Shown here: piece by piece, positions 47,323 to 56,501 of the stretch
How the letters are laid out: each line of letters opens with the position of its first letter
Numbering within the stretch: the stretch's first letter is position 1
From: Candidatus Marinacidobacterium sp.
Lineage (GTDB): Bacteria; Acidobacteriota; Vicinamibacteria; Marinacidobacterales; Marinacidobacteraceae
Reading direction: 5' to 3'
NCBI GenBank assembly: GCA_965220965.1
Contig: OZ244852.1
Span: 416,001-480,000, forward strand
DNA length: 64,000 nt
Notes under the pieces: generated by a model
Databases searched by the model: none
What the model was told of the DNA's origin: nothing
Seen by the model: the letters and a program-made list of their open reading frames with translations, nothing else
Translations under genes and position numbers: made by a program

Positions 47323-49035
47323 ATGCCAGCATTGACACGAGCCGAGTTCCTGAAACTCTCGGGCGCCGCCGCCGCGGCGGGGCTCACCACCGCGGCCGGA
47401 TGCCAGACCGCCGGATCCGGCGCCCGGCCCGACATGATCGTGCGGAACGCCCGGGTGTACACCGCGGAATACACAAACGGCGGCCCCACGATGGACCAGG
47501 CCGAGGCCTTCGCGGTCCAGAACGGCCGCTTCTCCGCTGTCGGTTCGAACGACGAGATCTCGAACCTCGCGGGGCCGGGAGTCGAGGTCGTGGACGCCGG
47601 CGGCATGACGGTCGTGCCGGGGTTCATCGACGCTCACTGCCACCCTGGCGGGATGCGCGACCTGTTCGAGGTGAACCTCGACGTGCGGACGATCGACGAC
47701 ATCAAGCTGGCGATCCGCGCCGCCGCCGCCGACACCCAGGCGGGCTACTGGGTGGACGGCTTCAAGTACGACGACACCAAGGTCACCGAGAACGGCGTCT
47801 ATCGGCGGATCAACCGGCAGGATCTGGACGAGGCGGCCCCCGACCACCCGGTCCGGGTCTCGCACCGGGGCGGCCACATCGCCTGGTACAACTCCAAGGC
47901 CTTCGAGATGGCCGGCGTGGACCGGAACATCGCCGACCCTCCGGGCGGACGGTTCGAGAAAGACCAGGACGGTGAACTCACCGGACTCGTCGAGGAGAAG
48001 GCCCAGGACGTCTTCCGGGGCGTCGGCAGCCGGCGCGTCTACGGCCGCCGGGAGTTCCAGCAGGGCGTGGCCCACATGTCGAGGCTCATGACCGCCGCCG
48101 GCATCACGAGCGTCCACCAGACCGGCGGGGACAGCGACGGTCTGCGCGCGCTCGAGGACGCCTACGCCGCCGGCGAACTCCGCTACCGGATGTACTACTT
48201 CACTTCGGCGGGCGCGGATCTCTACCCCGCGCTCAAGACCGCCGGGATCCACCGCGGGTTCGGGAACGAGTGGCTCCGCATCGGGGCGGTGAAGTACGGC
48301 GCCGACGGTTCGGCGTCGGGCCGCACGATGTACATGAGCACGCCCTACGAGGGGACCGATGACCACGGGATCCTCACGATGACCCCCGAGGAGATCATGG
48401 AGGCGGTCGAGGACGCCCACGCCCACGACTTCCACATCGGGATCCATGCGAACGGCGACCTGACGATCGGATACGTCCTCGACGCCTACGAGAAGGTCCT
48501 CGCCGAAGCGCCGCGCGACGCCCGGCACCGTCTCGAGCACTGCTCGCTGGTGAACCCCGATCTGCTCGCCCGGATCCGGGATACCGGCTCGATCCCGACC
48601 CCGTTCTGGACCTACGTCCACTACCACGGGAACAAGTGGGTGGAGTACGGCGAAGAGAAGATGAAGTGGATGTTCGCCCACCGCTCCTTCCTCGACTACG
48701 ACATCAAGGTGGCCGGGGCTTCGGATTACGTGCCGGGTCCCTACGAGCCGATGATGGCGCTCCAGGCCATGATCACCCGCAAGGACACCGAGGGCCGGAT
48801 CTGGGGGGAGAACCAGCAGGTCACCATGGACGAGGCGCTCCGCATCGGGACGATCAACGGCGCCTGGGCCTCCTTCGAGGAGAACCTCAAGGGCAGCATC
48901 AAGACGGGCAAGCTCGCCGACTTCGTGATGCTCGAGCAGGATCCGCACGACGTCGCGGCGTCGGACCCGGACCGCCTCAAGGAGATCATCGTCCACCGCA
49001 CGGTCGTCGGCGGCATGACGATGCACCAGGTCTGA
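47323..49035 (+). CDS. Amidohydrolase_3 family protein, exported (Tat-like lipoprotein)
   Basis: TRAEFLK..AAGC; PGFIDAHCH, HANGD, HRLEH, GASD, GKLADFV. Confidence 0.9.
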   Translation: MPALTRAEFLKLSGAAAAAGLTTAAGCQTAGSGARPDMIVRNARVYTAEYTNGGPTMDQAEAFAVQNGRFSAVGSNDEISNLAGPGVEVVDAGGMTVVPGFIDAHCHPGGMRDLFEVNLDVRTIDDIKLAIRAAAADTQAGYWVDGFKYDDTKVTENGVYRRINRQDLDEAAPDHPVRVSHRGGHIAWYNSKAFEMAGVDRNIADPPGGRFEKDQDGELTGLVEEKAQDVFRGVGSRRVYGRREFQQGVAHMSRLMTAAGITSVHQTGGDSDGLRALEDAYAAGELRYRMYYFTSAGADLYPALKTAGIHRGFGNEWLRIGAVKYGADGSASGRTMYMSTPYEGTDDHGILTMTPEEIMEAVEDAHAHDFHIGIHANGDLTIGYVLDAYEKVLAEAPRDARHRLEHCSLVNPDLLARIRDTGSIPTPFWTYVHYHGNKWVEYGEEKMKWMFAHRSFLDYDIKVAGASDYVPGPYEPMMALQAMITRKDTEGRIWGENQQVTMDEALRIGTINGAWASFEENLKGSIKTGKLADFVMLEQDPHDVAASDPDRLKEIIVHRTVVGGMTMHQV

Positions 49036-49631
49036 CCGGGGAGAAACGAGGCGCGCCGGCGTCCGCTGGCGCGCCGACCTCCAACGAAGAAGCGCTCGGG
49101 GCGCTCGCGGGGCTGATCCTCCGCCGGAACGAAACCGAGGCCCGGATCGCCGGGCTGATCGGCCGTCCCGGCCTCGTGGGTCACGTCGGCGAGTTCATCG
49201 CCAGCCGCATCTTCGACATCCGGCTTCACGTAGCCGCCACGCATCGAGGCGGCGACGGGGTGTTCCGCGATGGTCCGTACGCCGGGGACAGCGTGAACGT
49301 CAAGTGGTACCCGAAGCGCGAGGGGCTGCTGGATATAGGGAAGTACCGGCCGGACTGGTACCTGGTCCTCGCCGGACCGCGAGTTCCCGCCACCTCATCG
49401 CGGGGGGCGCGGCGACCGTGGGTCATCGACGAGGTGTTCCTGTTCCGCGCGGAGGCGCTGATCGACGAACTCGAGCAGCGCGAAGTCAGGATCGGGATCG
49501 CGACCGGGCTCCGGGCGGCGGACTGGGAGGCGGCGCGGCTGGGGGCCGGCCCGGGACCACGCCCCCCAAGCCCGCCGCTCGAACTCACCGATCGGCAGCG
49601 GGCGCTGCTCCGGCTCTTCCGCCCGAACTGA
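49032..49631 (+). CDS. Hypothetical protein, possibly PD-(D/E)XK-like
   Basis: GHVGEFIA...GGDG...VNVKW...PDWYLVL; no ATG near the start, CTG overlaps the upstream TGA. Confidence 0.55.
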   Translation: MTGEKRGAPASAGAPTSNEEALGALAGLILRRNETEARIAGLIGRPGLVGHVGEFIASRIFDIRLHVAATHRGGDGVFRDGPYAGDSVNVKWYPKREGLLDIGKYRPDWYLVLAGPRVPATSSRGARRPWVIDEVFLFRAEALIDELEQREVRIGIATGLRAADWEAARLGAGPGPRPPSPPLELTDRQRALLRLFRPN

Positions 49632-49693
49632 CGCTGGGCCGGGGGCAACCCCTTCCGGCGACAATGGCGCTTCTTCAGCCCCGGGAGGCTTCC

Positions 49694-51091
49694 ATGGTTC
49701 GCACTCTTCTTGCGCTCGCTCTGCTGCTCGCCATCGCCCCGCCAGCCGCCGCCCAGCCGCCCGACACCCAGCGGCAGGTCGTGGACCGGAGGCAGTTCCT
49801 CGGGCAGGTCCCGACCTCGGACGACCCGCGCCGGGTTCCGGCGCCGCCGGGGGAACGCGGCCCGGAGGGCGTCCGGGTGCTCTTCGGGGGCTTCGTCTTC
49901 GACGGAACCGGCGCCGATCCGGTTCCGGCCAGCGTGGTCATCGACCGGAACCGCATCGCCGCGATCCTCCCCGAGGGGGACACCGGCTGGCCCGAGGACG
50001 CGCAGGTTCTGGACGTTCGGGGGCACACCGTTCTCCCCGGGCTGATCGATCTCCACACCCATCTCACTTACACCGAGCCGGGCGTCCCGCAGGCGCTCGC
50101 CATCGACCCGGCGCACCAGACGCTCCGGGCGATGGAGCGGCTTCACGTGTTCCTCGGCGCCGGGATCACCTCGATCCGCGACACCGGTTCCGCCGGAACG
50201 GTCCCCTTCATCGTGAAGGACTGGGTCAACCAGGGCCGCCTTCCCGGACCGCGGGTCTTCGCTTCCGGTTCGCTCATCACCGGGACCGGCGGCCACGGCG
50301 CCGAGGGGCTCTCGATCCACCACCCGCTCTACGGCGGGATCATCGAGGCGTCCGGTCCGGACGAGTTCCGGGACGCGGTGCGTCAGCAGTTCAAGATGGG
50401 CGCCGACCTGATCAAGATCGCGAGCCACTACTCGCGGGAGGAGATCGCCGCGGCGGTTGATGAAGCGCACGCTCTCGGCCTCAAGGTCACGGTGGACTCG
50501 GAGACCTTCTACACCGGCTGGGCGGTGGAGGCCGGGGCGGACACGATCGAGCATCCGCTCCCCCGGACCGACGAGGTGATCGCAATGATGGCCCGGCAGG
50601 GGACGGCCTCCGTCCCCACGATCATCACCTACGACTACATCTTCAACGAGCGCGGCAGCTACCACAGCTCGACCTCCCGCCGCTTCGAACTGAACGGCGA
50701 GATCAGCCGCGCGATGCTGCGCGAGCTGAAGGAGGCCGGCATCCTGATCGGGGTGGGGACCGACCTCATCCTCGAGAACTACCGCGACCTCCCCTACGCC
50801 TACGTCTGGGAGCTCGAGGCCTACGTGGAGGCAGGCTTCACGCGCTCCGAAGCGCTGGTCGCCGCCACCCGCGACAGCGCCCGGATCCTGGGGATGGACG
50901 ACAAGCTAGGCACGATCGAGCCGGGCAAGCTCGCCGACATCCTCATCGTGGAGGGGGATCCGCTGACCGACCTGGGCGCGCTCGCGAACGTGGCGGAGGT
51001 CTTCCGCGACGGCTACTGGGTCGTCCGGCGCGGCGAGGTGCGCCCCACCCCGCCCGAAACCCGGATCCGCCCCGGCCCGGGCCAGGAGTAG
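49694..51091 (+). CDS. Secreted metal-dependent amidohydrolase
   Basis: Signal peptide; PGLIDLHTH, GADLIK, TIEH, GTD, GKLAD. ATG follows GGGAGG. Confidence 0.9.
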   Translation: MVRTLLALALLLAIAPPAAAQPPDTQRQVVDRRQFLGQVPTSDDPRRVPAPPGERGPEGVRVLFGGFVFDGTGADPVPASVVIDRNRIAAILPEGDTGWPEDAQVLDVRGHTVLPGLIDLHTHLTYTEPGVPQALAIDPAHQTLRAMERLHVFLGAGITSIRDTGSAGTVPFIVKDWVNQGRLPGPRVFASGSLITGTGGHGAEGLSIHHPLYGGIIEASGPDEFRDAVRQQFKMGADLIKIASHYSREEIAAAVDEAHALGLKVTVDSETFYTGWAVEAGADTIEHPLPRTDEVIAMMARQGTASVPTIITYDYIFNERGSYHSSTSRRFELNGEISRAMLRELKEAGILIGVGTDLILENYRDLPYAYVWELEAYVEAGFTRSEALVAATRDSARILGMDDKLGTIEPGKLADILIVEGDPLTDLGALANVAEVFRDGYWVVRRGEVRPTPPETRIRPGPGQE

Positions 51092-51151
51092 CGGAGACGC
51101 CGGCGCCCGCTTCTGGCAGGATGCGCCTGACCCACCGGCGGGTCGTCATCA

Positions 51152-51406
51152 ATGGTTCTGCGCATCGAGGATCCCGAGGCCGAGCGACTCGCCCGGGAAC
51201 TCGCCCAGGAGCGCGGTACGACCCTCACCGAGGCGGTCGTCTTCGCCCTCTCCGACGCGCTGCGGCGGGCGCGCGGCCGGCGGAAGTCGGAGTCGCTCCG
51301 GGCCGCCATCCTCGAGATCTCGGAGCGCTGCTCCCGGCTGCGCGATCTCGACGCCCGGTCGGCTGACGAGATCCTCGGTTACGACGAGCGCGGCGGGTTC
51401 CGCTGA
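51152..51406 (+). CDS. VapB-type antitoxin (Rv0623-like), orphan
   Basis: LRIEDPEAERLARELA...TLTEAV..AL...DEILGYDERG pattern. Confidence 0.85.
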   Translation: MVLRIEDPEAERLARELAQERGTTLTEAVVFALSDALRRARGRRKSESLRAAILEISERCSRLRDLDARSADEILGYDERGGFR

Positions 51407-51445
51407 GGCCCTTCGGGACTCCGGCGACGCGGCGGCCCGGTGAGG

Positions 51446-51519
51446 CCCGGCTCGGGTAACCGGCGAACAGCCCGCGCGTTTCCTGGACCAGATGGATCCC
51501 GCTGTAGGGGCGGGGCAGG
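51446..51519 (-). repeat. 74-bp direct-repeat copy of an internal part of the GH109 gene (56831-56904)
   Basis: Manual alignment: 69/74 identical, no gaps. Confidence 0.93.
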
Positions 51520-51694
51520 AGTCGGGACCAGTCCCGAGGGCTCATTCGAAAGTCCGAGGCTCGCGACGGGCTCGCCGTTCCAATGGTGTCTCTCGGCCTG
51601 GCCGGCGTTCCGCCGGCAAACGGTGTGCACCTACACAGGGCGTTTGATGCGCCACGTTCCGGTCACCTATTCTCCGATCTGAACGAGGGGAGAC

Positions 51695-52558
51695 ATGTCT
51701 GTAGGGATCCGTCGAACCGTAGCCATCGCCTCGCTGGCGGTGCTGGTCGGACTCGTCGTCTGGACCGTGCTGCGGCCGCCAACCGGCGAGGAGGACTGGC
51801 GGCCTGGCTCCGAGTCCGTGAGCGACCGAACGGATCGGGCCGGAGCGGGCGACGTTCATGACCACGCAACCCACGAGGACTCCGCGTCCAGGGACGGCGC
51901 TGCGGACCAGGAGCCTCTATCCGAGGACACGACTCCTGTCGGTCGGCTCGTCCGGGCAGCCTCCGCGGATGATGTCAGCGTCGTTTCCGCCTTGATTGAG
52001 GACGGCGTGCCAGCGGATGCCGAGGACTCAAGGGGACACCGAGCGCTGCATCAGGCCGCCGCCAACGACGCGGTTCGCGTAATACGGTTCCTCGCAGAAC
52101 ACGGCGTGGATCTTGATGCTCCGGATGGGATCGGCTGGACAGCCTTGACTCGGGCCTCCCACTTCGGTTCCCTGTCCGCGGCCAGGGAGCTACTGGCCTA
52201 CGGAGCTGACCCCGACGCCCAACATGCTCCGAATTGGGTTACACCGTTGATGCAGTTGATGGGAGGCTGGCATCAGGCGGTGGATGGTGATGCTAAAGCT
52301 CCCCCATTCAGGGAGAAGGACCGGGTCGCCCTGGCTGCGGCGCTCTTTCAGGCGGGCGCGGATCCCAACCTGGAGGGGGGCGGTAGTCTTCCCATGCACA
52401 TCGTGCTGTTCATGGACAACATTGAGTTGCTGACTCTGTTCGTCAATGGCGGTGCACGTGTCAGCACAAGTCCGAGCGCCAGGATCATGGCGCATTGGCC
52501 GGGTCCGTGGGGCGATCTGGTTCGGAGCGCCTTCGAACGTGAGGGTGTGTCCTGGTGA
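51695..52558 (+). CDS. Membrane-anchored ankyrin-repeat protein, copy 1
   Basis: GAGGGGAG RBS; N-terminal TM; GHRALHQAA, GWTALTRAS, GADPD, VTPLM, GADPN. Confidence 0.9.
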   Translation: MSVGIRRTVAIASLAVLVGLVVWTVLRPPTGEEDWRPGSESVSDRTDRAGAGDVHDHATHEDSASRDGAADQEPLSEDTTPVGRLVRAASADDVSVVSALIEDGVPADAEDSRGHRALHQAAANDAVRVIRFLAEHGVDLDAPDGIGWTALTRASHFGSLSAARELLAYGADPDAQHAPNWVTPLMQLMGGWHQAVDGDAKAPPFREKDRVALAAALFQAGADPNLEGGGSLPMHIVLFMDNIELLTLFVNGGARVSTSPSARIMAHWPGPWGDLVRSAFEREGVSW

Positions 52559-52725
52559 TCGGGCAGTCCGGGCGATATCGCCTTCTCGTTCTTCCTGACT
52601 CATGGAGGTTGACTCAAGAGAAGGCAGTGTGTGTGAATCTGGCTGTGGGCGTGCTGCTGACCTGCGGAGCGCTCTTCCTGCTGTCGGCTCCTGCTGAGGC
52701 TCGGGAGTCGAATCTCGTAGAGTGA
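52555..52725 (+). CDS. Micro-ORF copy 1: signal peptide plus 7-residue tail (probably truncated)
   Basis: ...VNLAVGVLLTCGALFLLSAPAEA-RESNLVE-stop; GTGA overlaps at both ends. Confidence 0.5.
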   Translation: MIGQSGRYRLLVLPDSWRLTQEKAVCVNLAVGVLLTCGALFLLSAPAEARESNLVE

Positions 52726-53570
52726 AGCTGTTCCGTATTTCCGCGACGGGGCTGCCTCGGCTTCGTTGGGTAAGTCGTCTGTTGCTCGGGGGTGGCCTGG
52801 CGTTCCTGGTCGCTGTGGCGTTCTGGCGGAATGGCTCCGAGTCCGTGAGCGACCGAACGGATCGGGCCGGAGCGAGCGTGGATCACGAGCGCTCCGCGTC
52901 AAGGGACGACGCTGCGGACCGGGAGCCTCTACCCGAGGACACGACTCCTGTCGGTCGGCTCGTCCGGGCGGCCTTCACGGACGATGTCAGCGTCGTTTCC
53001 GCATTGATTGAGGACGGCGTGCCGGCGGATGCCGAGGACACAAGGGGATACCGAGCGCTGCATCAGGCCGCCGCCAACGACGCGGTTCGGGTAATCCAGT
53101 TCCTTGCAGATCACGGCGTGGATCTTGATGCTCCGGATGGGATCGGCTGGACAGCCTTGAGTTGGGCCTCCTACTACGGTTCCCTGTCCGCGGCCAGGGA
53201 GCTACTGGCCTACGGGGCTGACCCCGACGCCCAACATGCTCCGAATTGGGTTACACCGTTGATGCAGTTGATGGGAGGCTGGCACATGGCGGTGGACGGT
53301 ATTGCTGATGCTCCCCCATTCAGGGAGAAGGACCGGGTCGCCCTGGCTGCGGCGCTCTTTCGGGCAGGCGCGGATCCCAACCTGGAGGGGGGCGGTAGCC
53401 CTCCCATGCACATCGTGCTGTTCATGGACAACATTGAGTTGCTGACCCTGTTCGTCAATGGCGGGGCACATGTCAGCACAAGTCCGAGCGCCAGGATCAT
53501 GGCGCAACGGACGGGCCCGTGGGGCGATCTGGTTCGGAGCGCCTTCGAACGTGAGGGTGTGTCCTGGTGA
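52722..53570 (+). CDS. Membrane-anchored ankyrin-repeat protein, copy 2
   Basis: Same ankyrin core as copy 1, different N-terminal TM. Confidence 0.9.
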   Translation: MKLFRISATGLPRLRWVSRLLLGGGLAFLVAVAFWRNGSESVSDRTDRAGASVDHERSASRDDAADREPLPEDTTPVGRLVRAAFTDDVSVVSALIEDGVPADAEDTRGYRALHQAAANDAVRVIQFLADHGVDLDAPDGIGWTALSWASYYGSLSAARELLAYGADPDAQHAPNWVTPLMQLMGGWHMAVDGIADAPPFREKDRVALAAALFRAGADPNLEGGGSPPMHIVLFMDNIELLTLFVNGGAHVSTSPSARIMAQRTGPWGDLVRSAFEREGVSW

Positions 53571-53797
53571 TCGGGCAGTCCGGGCGATATCGCCTTCTCG
53601 TTCTTCCTGACTCATGGAGGTTGACTCAAGAGAACGCAGTGTGTGTAAATCTGGCTGTGGGCGTGCTGCTGACCTGCGGAGCGCTCTTCCTGCTGTCGGC
53701 TCCTGCTGAGGCTCAGGACGATTGCCGATTCGAGGTCCACTGCACTGTCACACCCAACGGGGGTGGCTGCTGCGATGGACACCTCTGCTGCTTCTGA
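53567..53797 (+). CDS. Secreted cysteine-rich peptide precursor
   Basis: Hydrophobic core + AEA cleavage site, then QDDCRFEVHCTVTPNGGGCCDGHLCCF (27 aa, 6 Cys). Start could also be TTG 53621 or GTG 53639. Confidence 0.7.
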   Translation: MIGQSGRYRLLVLPDSWRLTQENAVCVNLAVGVLLTCGALFLLSAPAEAQDDCRFEVHCTVTPNGGGCCDGHLCCF

Positions 53798-53919
53798 GGC
53801 AGGTCCGCGCCGGACACGCCTGAAGCGGTAACCGGCGCGATCTCGAGAGTGGCGGGGCGAATCCCCGGACAGCGGACTATCCTTTTCCGCCCTTGGCGCC
53901 GTCAGGGGTGATTGTGGTG

Positions 53920-56313
53920 ATGTCTGTTGTTCGGGGTCGTGTCGCGTTCCGTCTGGGCGCCTCTCGCATTCTGAGCGGTGGCGCGCCCGCAGTTGTGGGC
54001 GCGCTTGCTGTTGTGGCGTGCGCCAGCCACACGGTATGGATGATCTGGGGGTTGCTGATCGAACACCCCTTGCCCTTTCCGGAGGCCAGCGAGCTTGTTG
54101 AGCTTGTGGTTGAGGACGTGGCGCCCGGTACGCCGGCTGTCCTGCTGGATCGGGAGGCGGATCTTCTGGCGCGTGAGGCGGCTTCCTTCCAGTCTCTGAG
54201 CACCTGGGCGCCTGGTGTCGACATCCTCGAAACAGCGGCGGGGGCGGAGGAGGTTCGCTACGCAGAGACTGGCCCTGGCATGTTCGACATGTTGGGGGTG
54301 TCCCCCGCCGGCGGGCGACTCTTTCGGGTTGACGATCACGAGGCGGCTGCTGCGGGCGAAAGACTGCTGCTACTCAGCCATCGACTCTGGCGCACAACCT
54401 TCGGGGCGGCCCCCGAAGTCGTGGGCTTGCGAATTCCTTTCGGCGGCGCCCCCGCCCGGATCCTCGGAGTCATGCCACGTGGGTTCCAGTTTCCGGCGCC
54501 GTCGTTTGATCTCTGGGTTCCCGCGCCAGCGCGCGTTCCGGGGCCGATGCGCGGCAACCTGCGACTGCAATCTGTCCGACTGGTTGGACGTCTGTTGCCG
54601 GATGTCTCTGGTGCGGCGGCGGCTGCGGAGGCGACGACTCTCGTTCGTAACGCTGGTCTTCCCGAGTCTCTCCAGCGTGACCAGGTGACGATCGGGGCGC
54701 TTGGCCTGACGCGGCAGGTGTCGGCCTCCTTTCGGCCGGCCCTCGAAATCGTCCGTGTCGGGATTGCGCTGCTGTGGGTCGTCGGCATGGTCGCGGCGTG
54801 TTCCCTGCTTGCTTCGGCTGCTCTGGGCGGACGTCGAGCGACCAGCATTCGTCGGGCCCTGGGGGCGCAAGACCCGGACGAAGCCGGAGTCGTGGGCTCG
54901 CGGATTCTGCTGTTGGGCCTTGCCGTTGGCGCCGCCGCCGCCGTCCTCTCGCTCGGTATTGCGAAGCTGGCTCGACCGGCGCTGGACCAACTTGCGACCT
55001 CGTCGCCGGAAGGGCCGGGTTGGTCAGGCGTTGGGAATCTGTTCCTGATGGCGGTGGTCGGTGTAGCGGTCGCCGAGTGTCTCGCCGTGGCGGTCGCGCG
55101 CCGCGTGGAGCCCGGGCTCGCGCTCGGACGGAGCGGGACTCGCCGTCGCGCGACGCCGGCGTTTGTCCTCGTGGTGTGCGGTACCGCTGCGGCCGCTGTC
55201 CTTGCCTCCGGAAGCATGCTGTTGTCTTCTGGCGCACTGGATGTGCTCCGCGGAGAAGGAAGCTATCCGTCGCGCGGCCTTGTCCACCTGACGCTGGACC
55301 ATTCGGCGCCTCGGCCCGGCGTCGTCGGCGCTCGTTCGCCTCTGGAAGTGAACGCGTTGCGGGACCGGCTGCTGCTCGTCCCCGGTGTCGTGGAGGCCGG
55401 TTATGCGGAGAGCCTGCCTGACCGTCCTGGCGGTGAGCTCCTCCGGGACGAGTCGCTTTCCGGATCCGAACCGGTTGTCGTGCGTCGGGTTGGGCCAACG
55501 CTGTTTTCGACCCTGCAGCTTCCCCTCGTCCTGGGTCGAGGAATCCAGGAGACGGACGCCAGACCGGCAGAGCCCGCTGCAGTCGCCGACCGGACCCTGA
55601 TTCGCCGTCTCGGCATTACGGATCCTGTTGGCCATGTCGTTGGGCGAGGTCGCAATGCCTACCGAATCGTCGGCGTCGTCCCGGATGTCGCCGTGTATCC
55701 GCGCGGCCCCCTGCAGACGGCCGGGACCCTGTATGCGCACCACTCCCAGAGATCTCATGCATCCGCGATGCGGTGGAGGTACGTAGTCCGGTTCCGTGAC
55801 TCTCCGGGACCTGAGCAGCTCACCGCGGTTCGCCGACTTGTCGAAGAGTCGGAGATGGGTCTGCGCATTCTGAGGCTTGAGACGGATCAGGATCGACGGG
55901 TTGCGCTGCTCGGCGCCGGACTGTTGACTACGATCGCAGTCTCCGTCTTCGGTGTGGCGGGACTCCTGCTCACGCTCCTTTGTGTGCTTGGCCAGGTCGC
56001 GAACGAAGCATCACGCCAGCGACACGCACTGGCCGTTCGGCAAGCGCTCGGAGCGTCAACCGGAAGTCTCGTGCGTGAGGCCGTACGTCGGGTCGCCGTC
56101 GCCGGAGCGATTGGGGTGGCGTTGGGAGCCGGGCTCTCTTGGCTGCTCGCACGGTTTGTCGCGCGCCGGATGCCATGGGTGGAGGCCGCCGATCCGATGC
56201 CATACCTCCTTCCGGCCCTGTTGATCACCGCCCTCGTCGTAGTCGGGTGCGCCGTTGGCGGAGGGATCCTGATCCGGCGCGAGCAGCCCTGGAGAATTCT
56301 GCAGGCTGCATGA
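53920..56313 (+). CDS. Divergent duplicated MacB/FtsX-type ABC permease (ADOP-like)
   Basis: PLPFPEASELV, FDMLGVSP..GR, ILGVMPRGFQFP, IRRALGA, LVLGR, IVGVV.DV, VRQALGA. Start approximate. Confidence 0.85.
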   Translation: MSVVRGRVAFRLGASRILSGGAPAVVGALAVVACASHTVWMIWGLLIEHPLPFPEASELVELVVEDVAPGTPAVLLDREADLLAREAASFQSLSTWAPGVDILETAAGAEEVRYAETGPGMFDMLGVSPAGGRLFRVDDHEAAAAGERLLLLSHRLWRTTFGAAPEVVGLRIPFGGAPARILGVMPRGFQFPAPSFDLWVPAPARVPGPMRGNLRLQSVRLVGRLLPDVSGAAAAAEATTLVRNAGLPESLQRDQVTIGALGLTRQVSASFRPALEIVRVGIALLWVVGMVAACSLLASAALGGRRATSIRRALGAQDPDEAGVVGSRILLLGLAVGAAAAVLSLGIAKLARPALDQLATSSPEGPGWSGVGNLFLMAVVGVAVAECLAVAVARRVEPGLALGRSGTRRRATPAFVLVVCGTAAAAVLASGSMLLSSGALDVLRGEGSYPSRGLVHLTLDHSAPRPGVVGARSPLEVNALRDRLLLVPGVVEAGYAESLPDRPGGELLRDESLSGSEPVVVRRVGPTLFSTLQLPLVLGRGIQETDARPAEPAAVADRTLIRRLGITDPVGHVVGRGRNAYRIVGVVPDVAVYPRGPLQTAGTLYAHHSQRSHASAMRWRYVVRFRDSPGPEQLTAVRRLVEESEMGLRILRLETDQDRRVALLGAGLLTTIAVSVFGVAGLLLTLLCVLGQVANEASRQRHALAVRQALGASTGSLVREAVRRVAVAGAIGVALGAGLSWLLARFVARRMPWVEAADPMPYLLPALLITALVVVGCAVGGGILIRREQPWRILQAA

Positions 56314-56501
56314 GACCTCGTGGCGTCATGGGCGCGCATCGCCTCCACGAGGCCGGCTGAGGCCGCGCCGTTCTCACCGACAGTCTGCACTGTGGCGAAG
56401 GGACGCCTCCTGGGATCGGGCCGCGGCCAAGGCCCAACCAGGCGCGACATCAGCGTTGAGCCCGGATCGCCGAGCCCGGGTTCCGGTCCGGCGCCCGGGA
56501 C

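Larger units (their letters stand above)
51796..53718 (+). repeat. Tandem duplication of about 0.9 kb (51796-52706 and 52823-53718)
   Basis: Near-identical sequence from CTGGCGG..TGGCTCCGAGTCCG to CCTGCTGAGGCTC.GGA, with a 15-bp length difference near the 5' end. Confidence 0.95.

Noticed and set aside
51796-53718. Diversity-generating retroelement TR/VR pair
   Set aside because: Mismatches are not adenine-specific, both copies are coding, and no reverse transcriptase is present.
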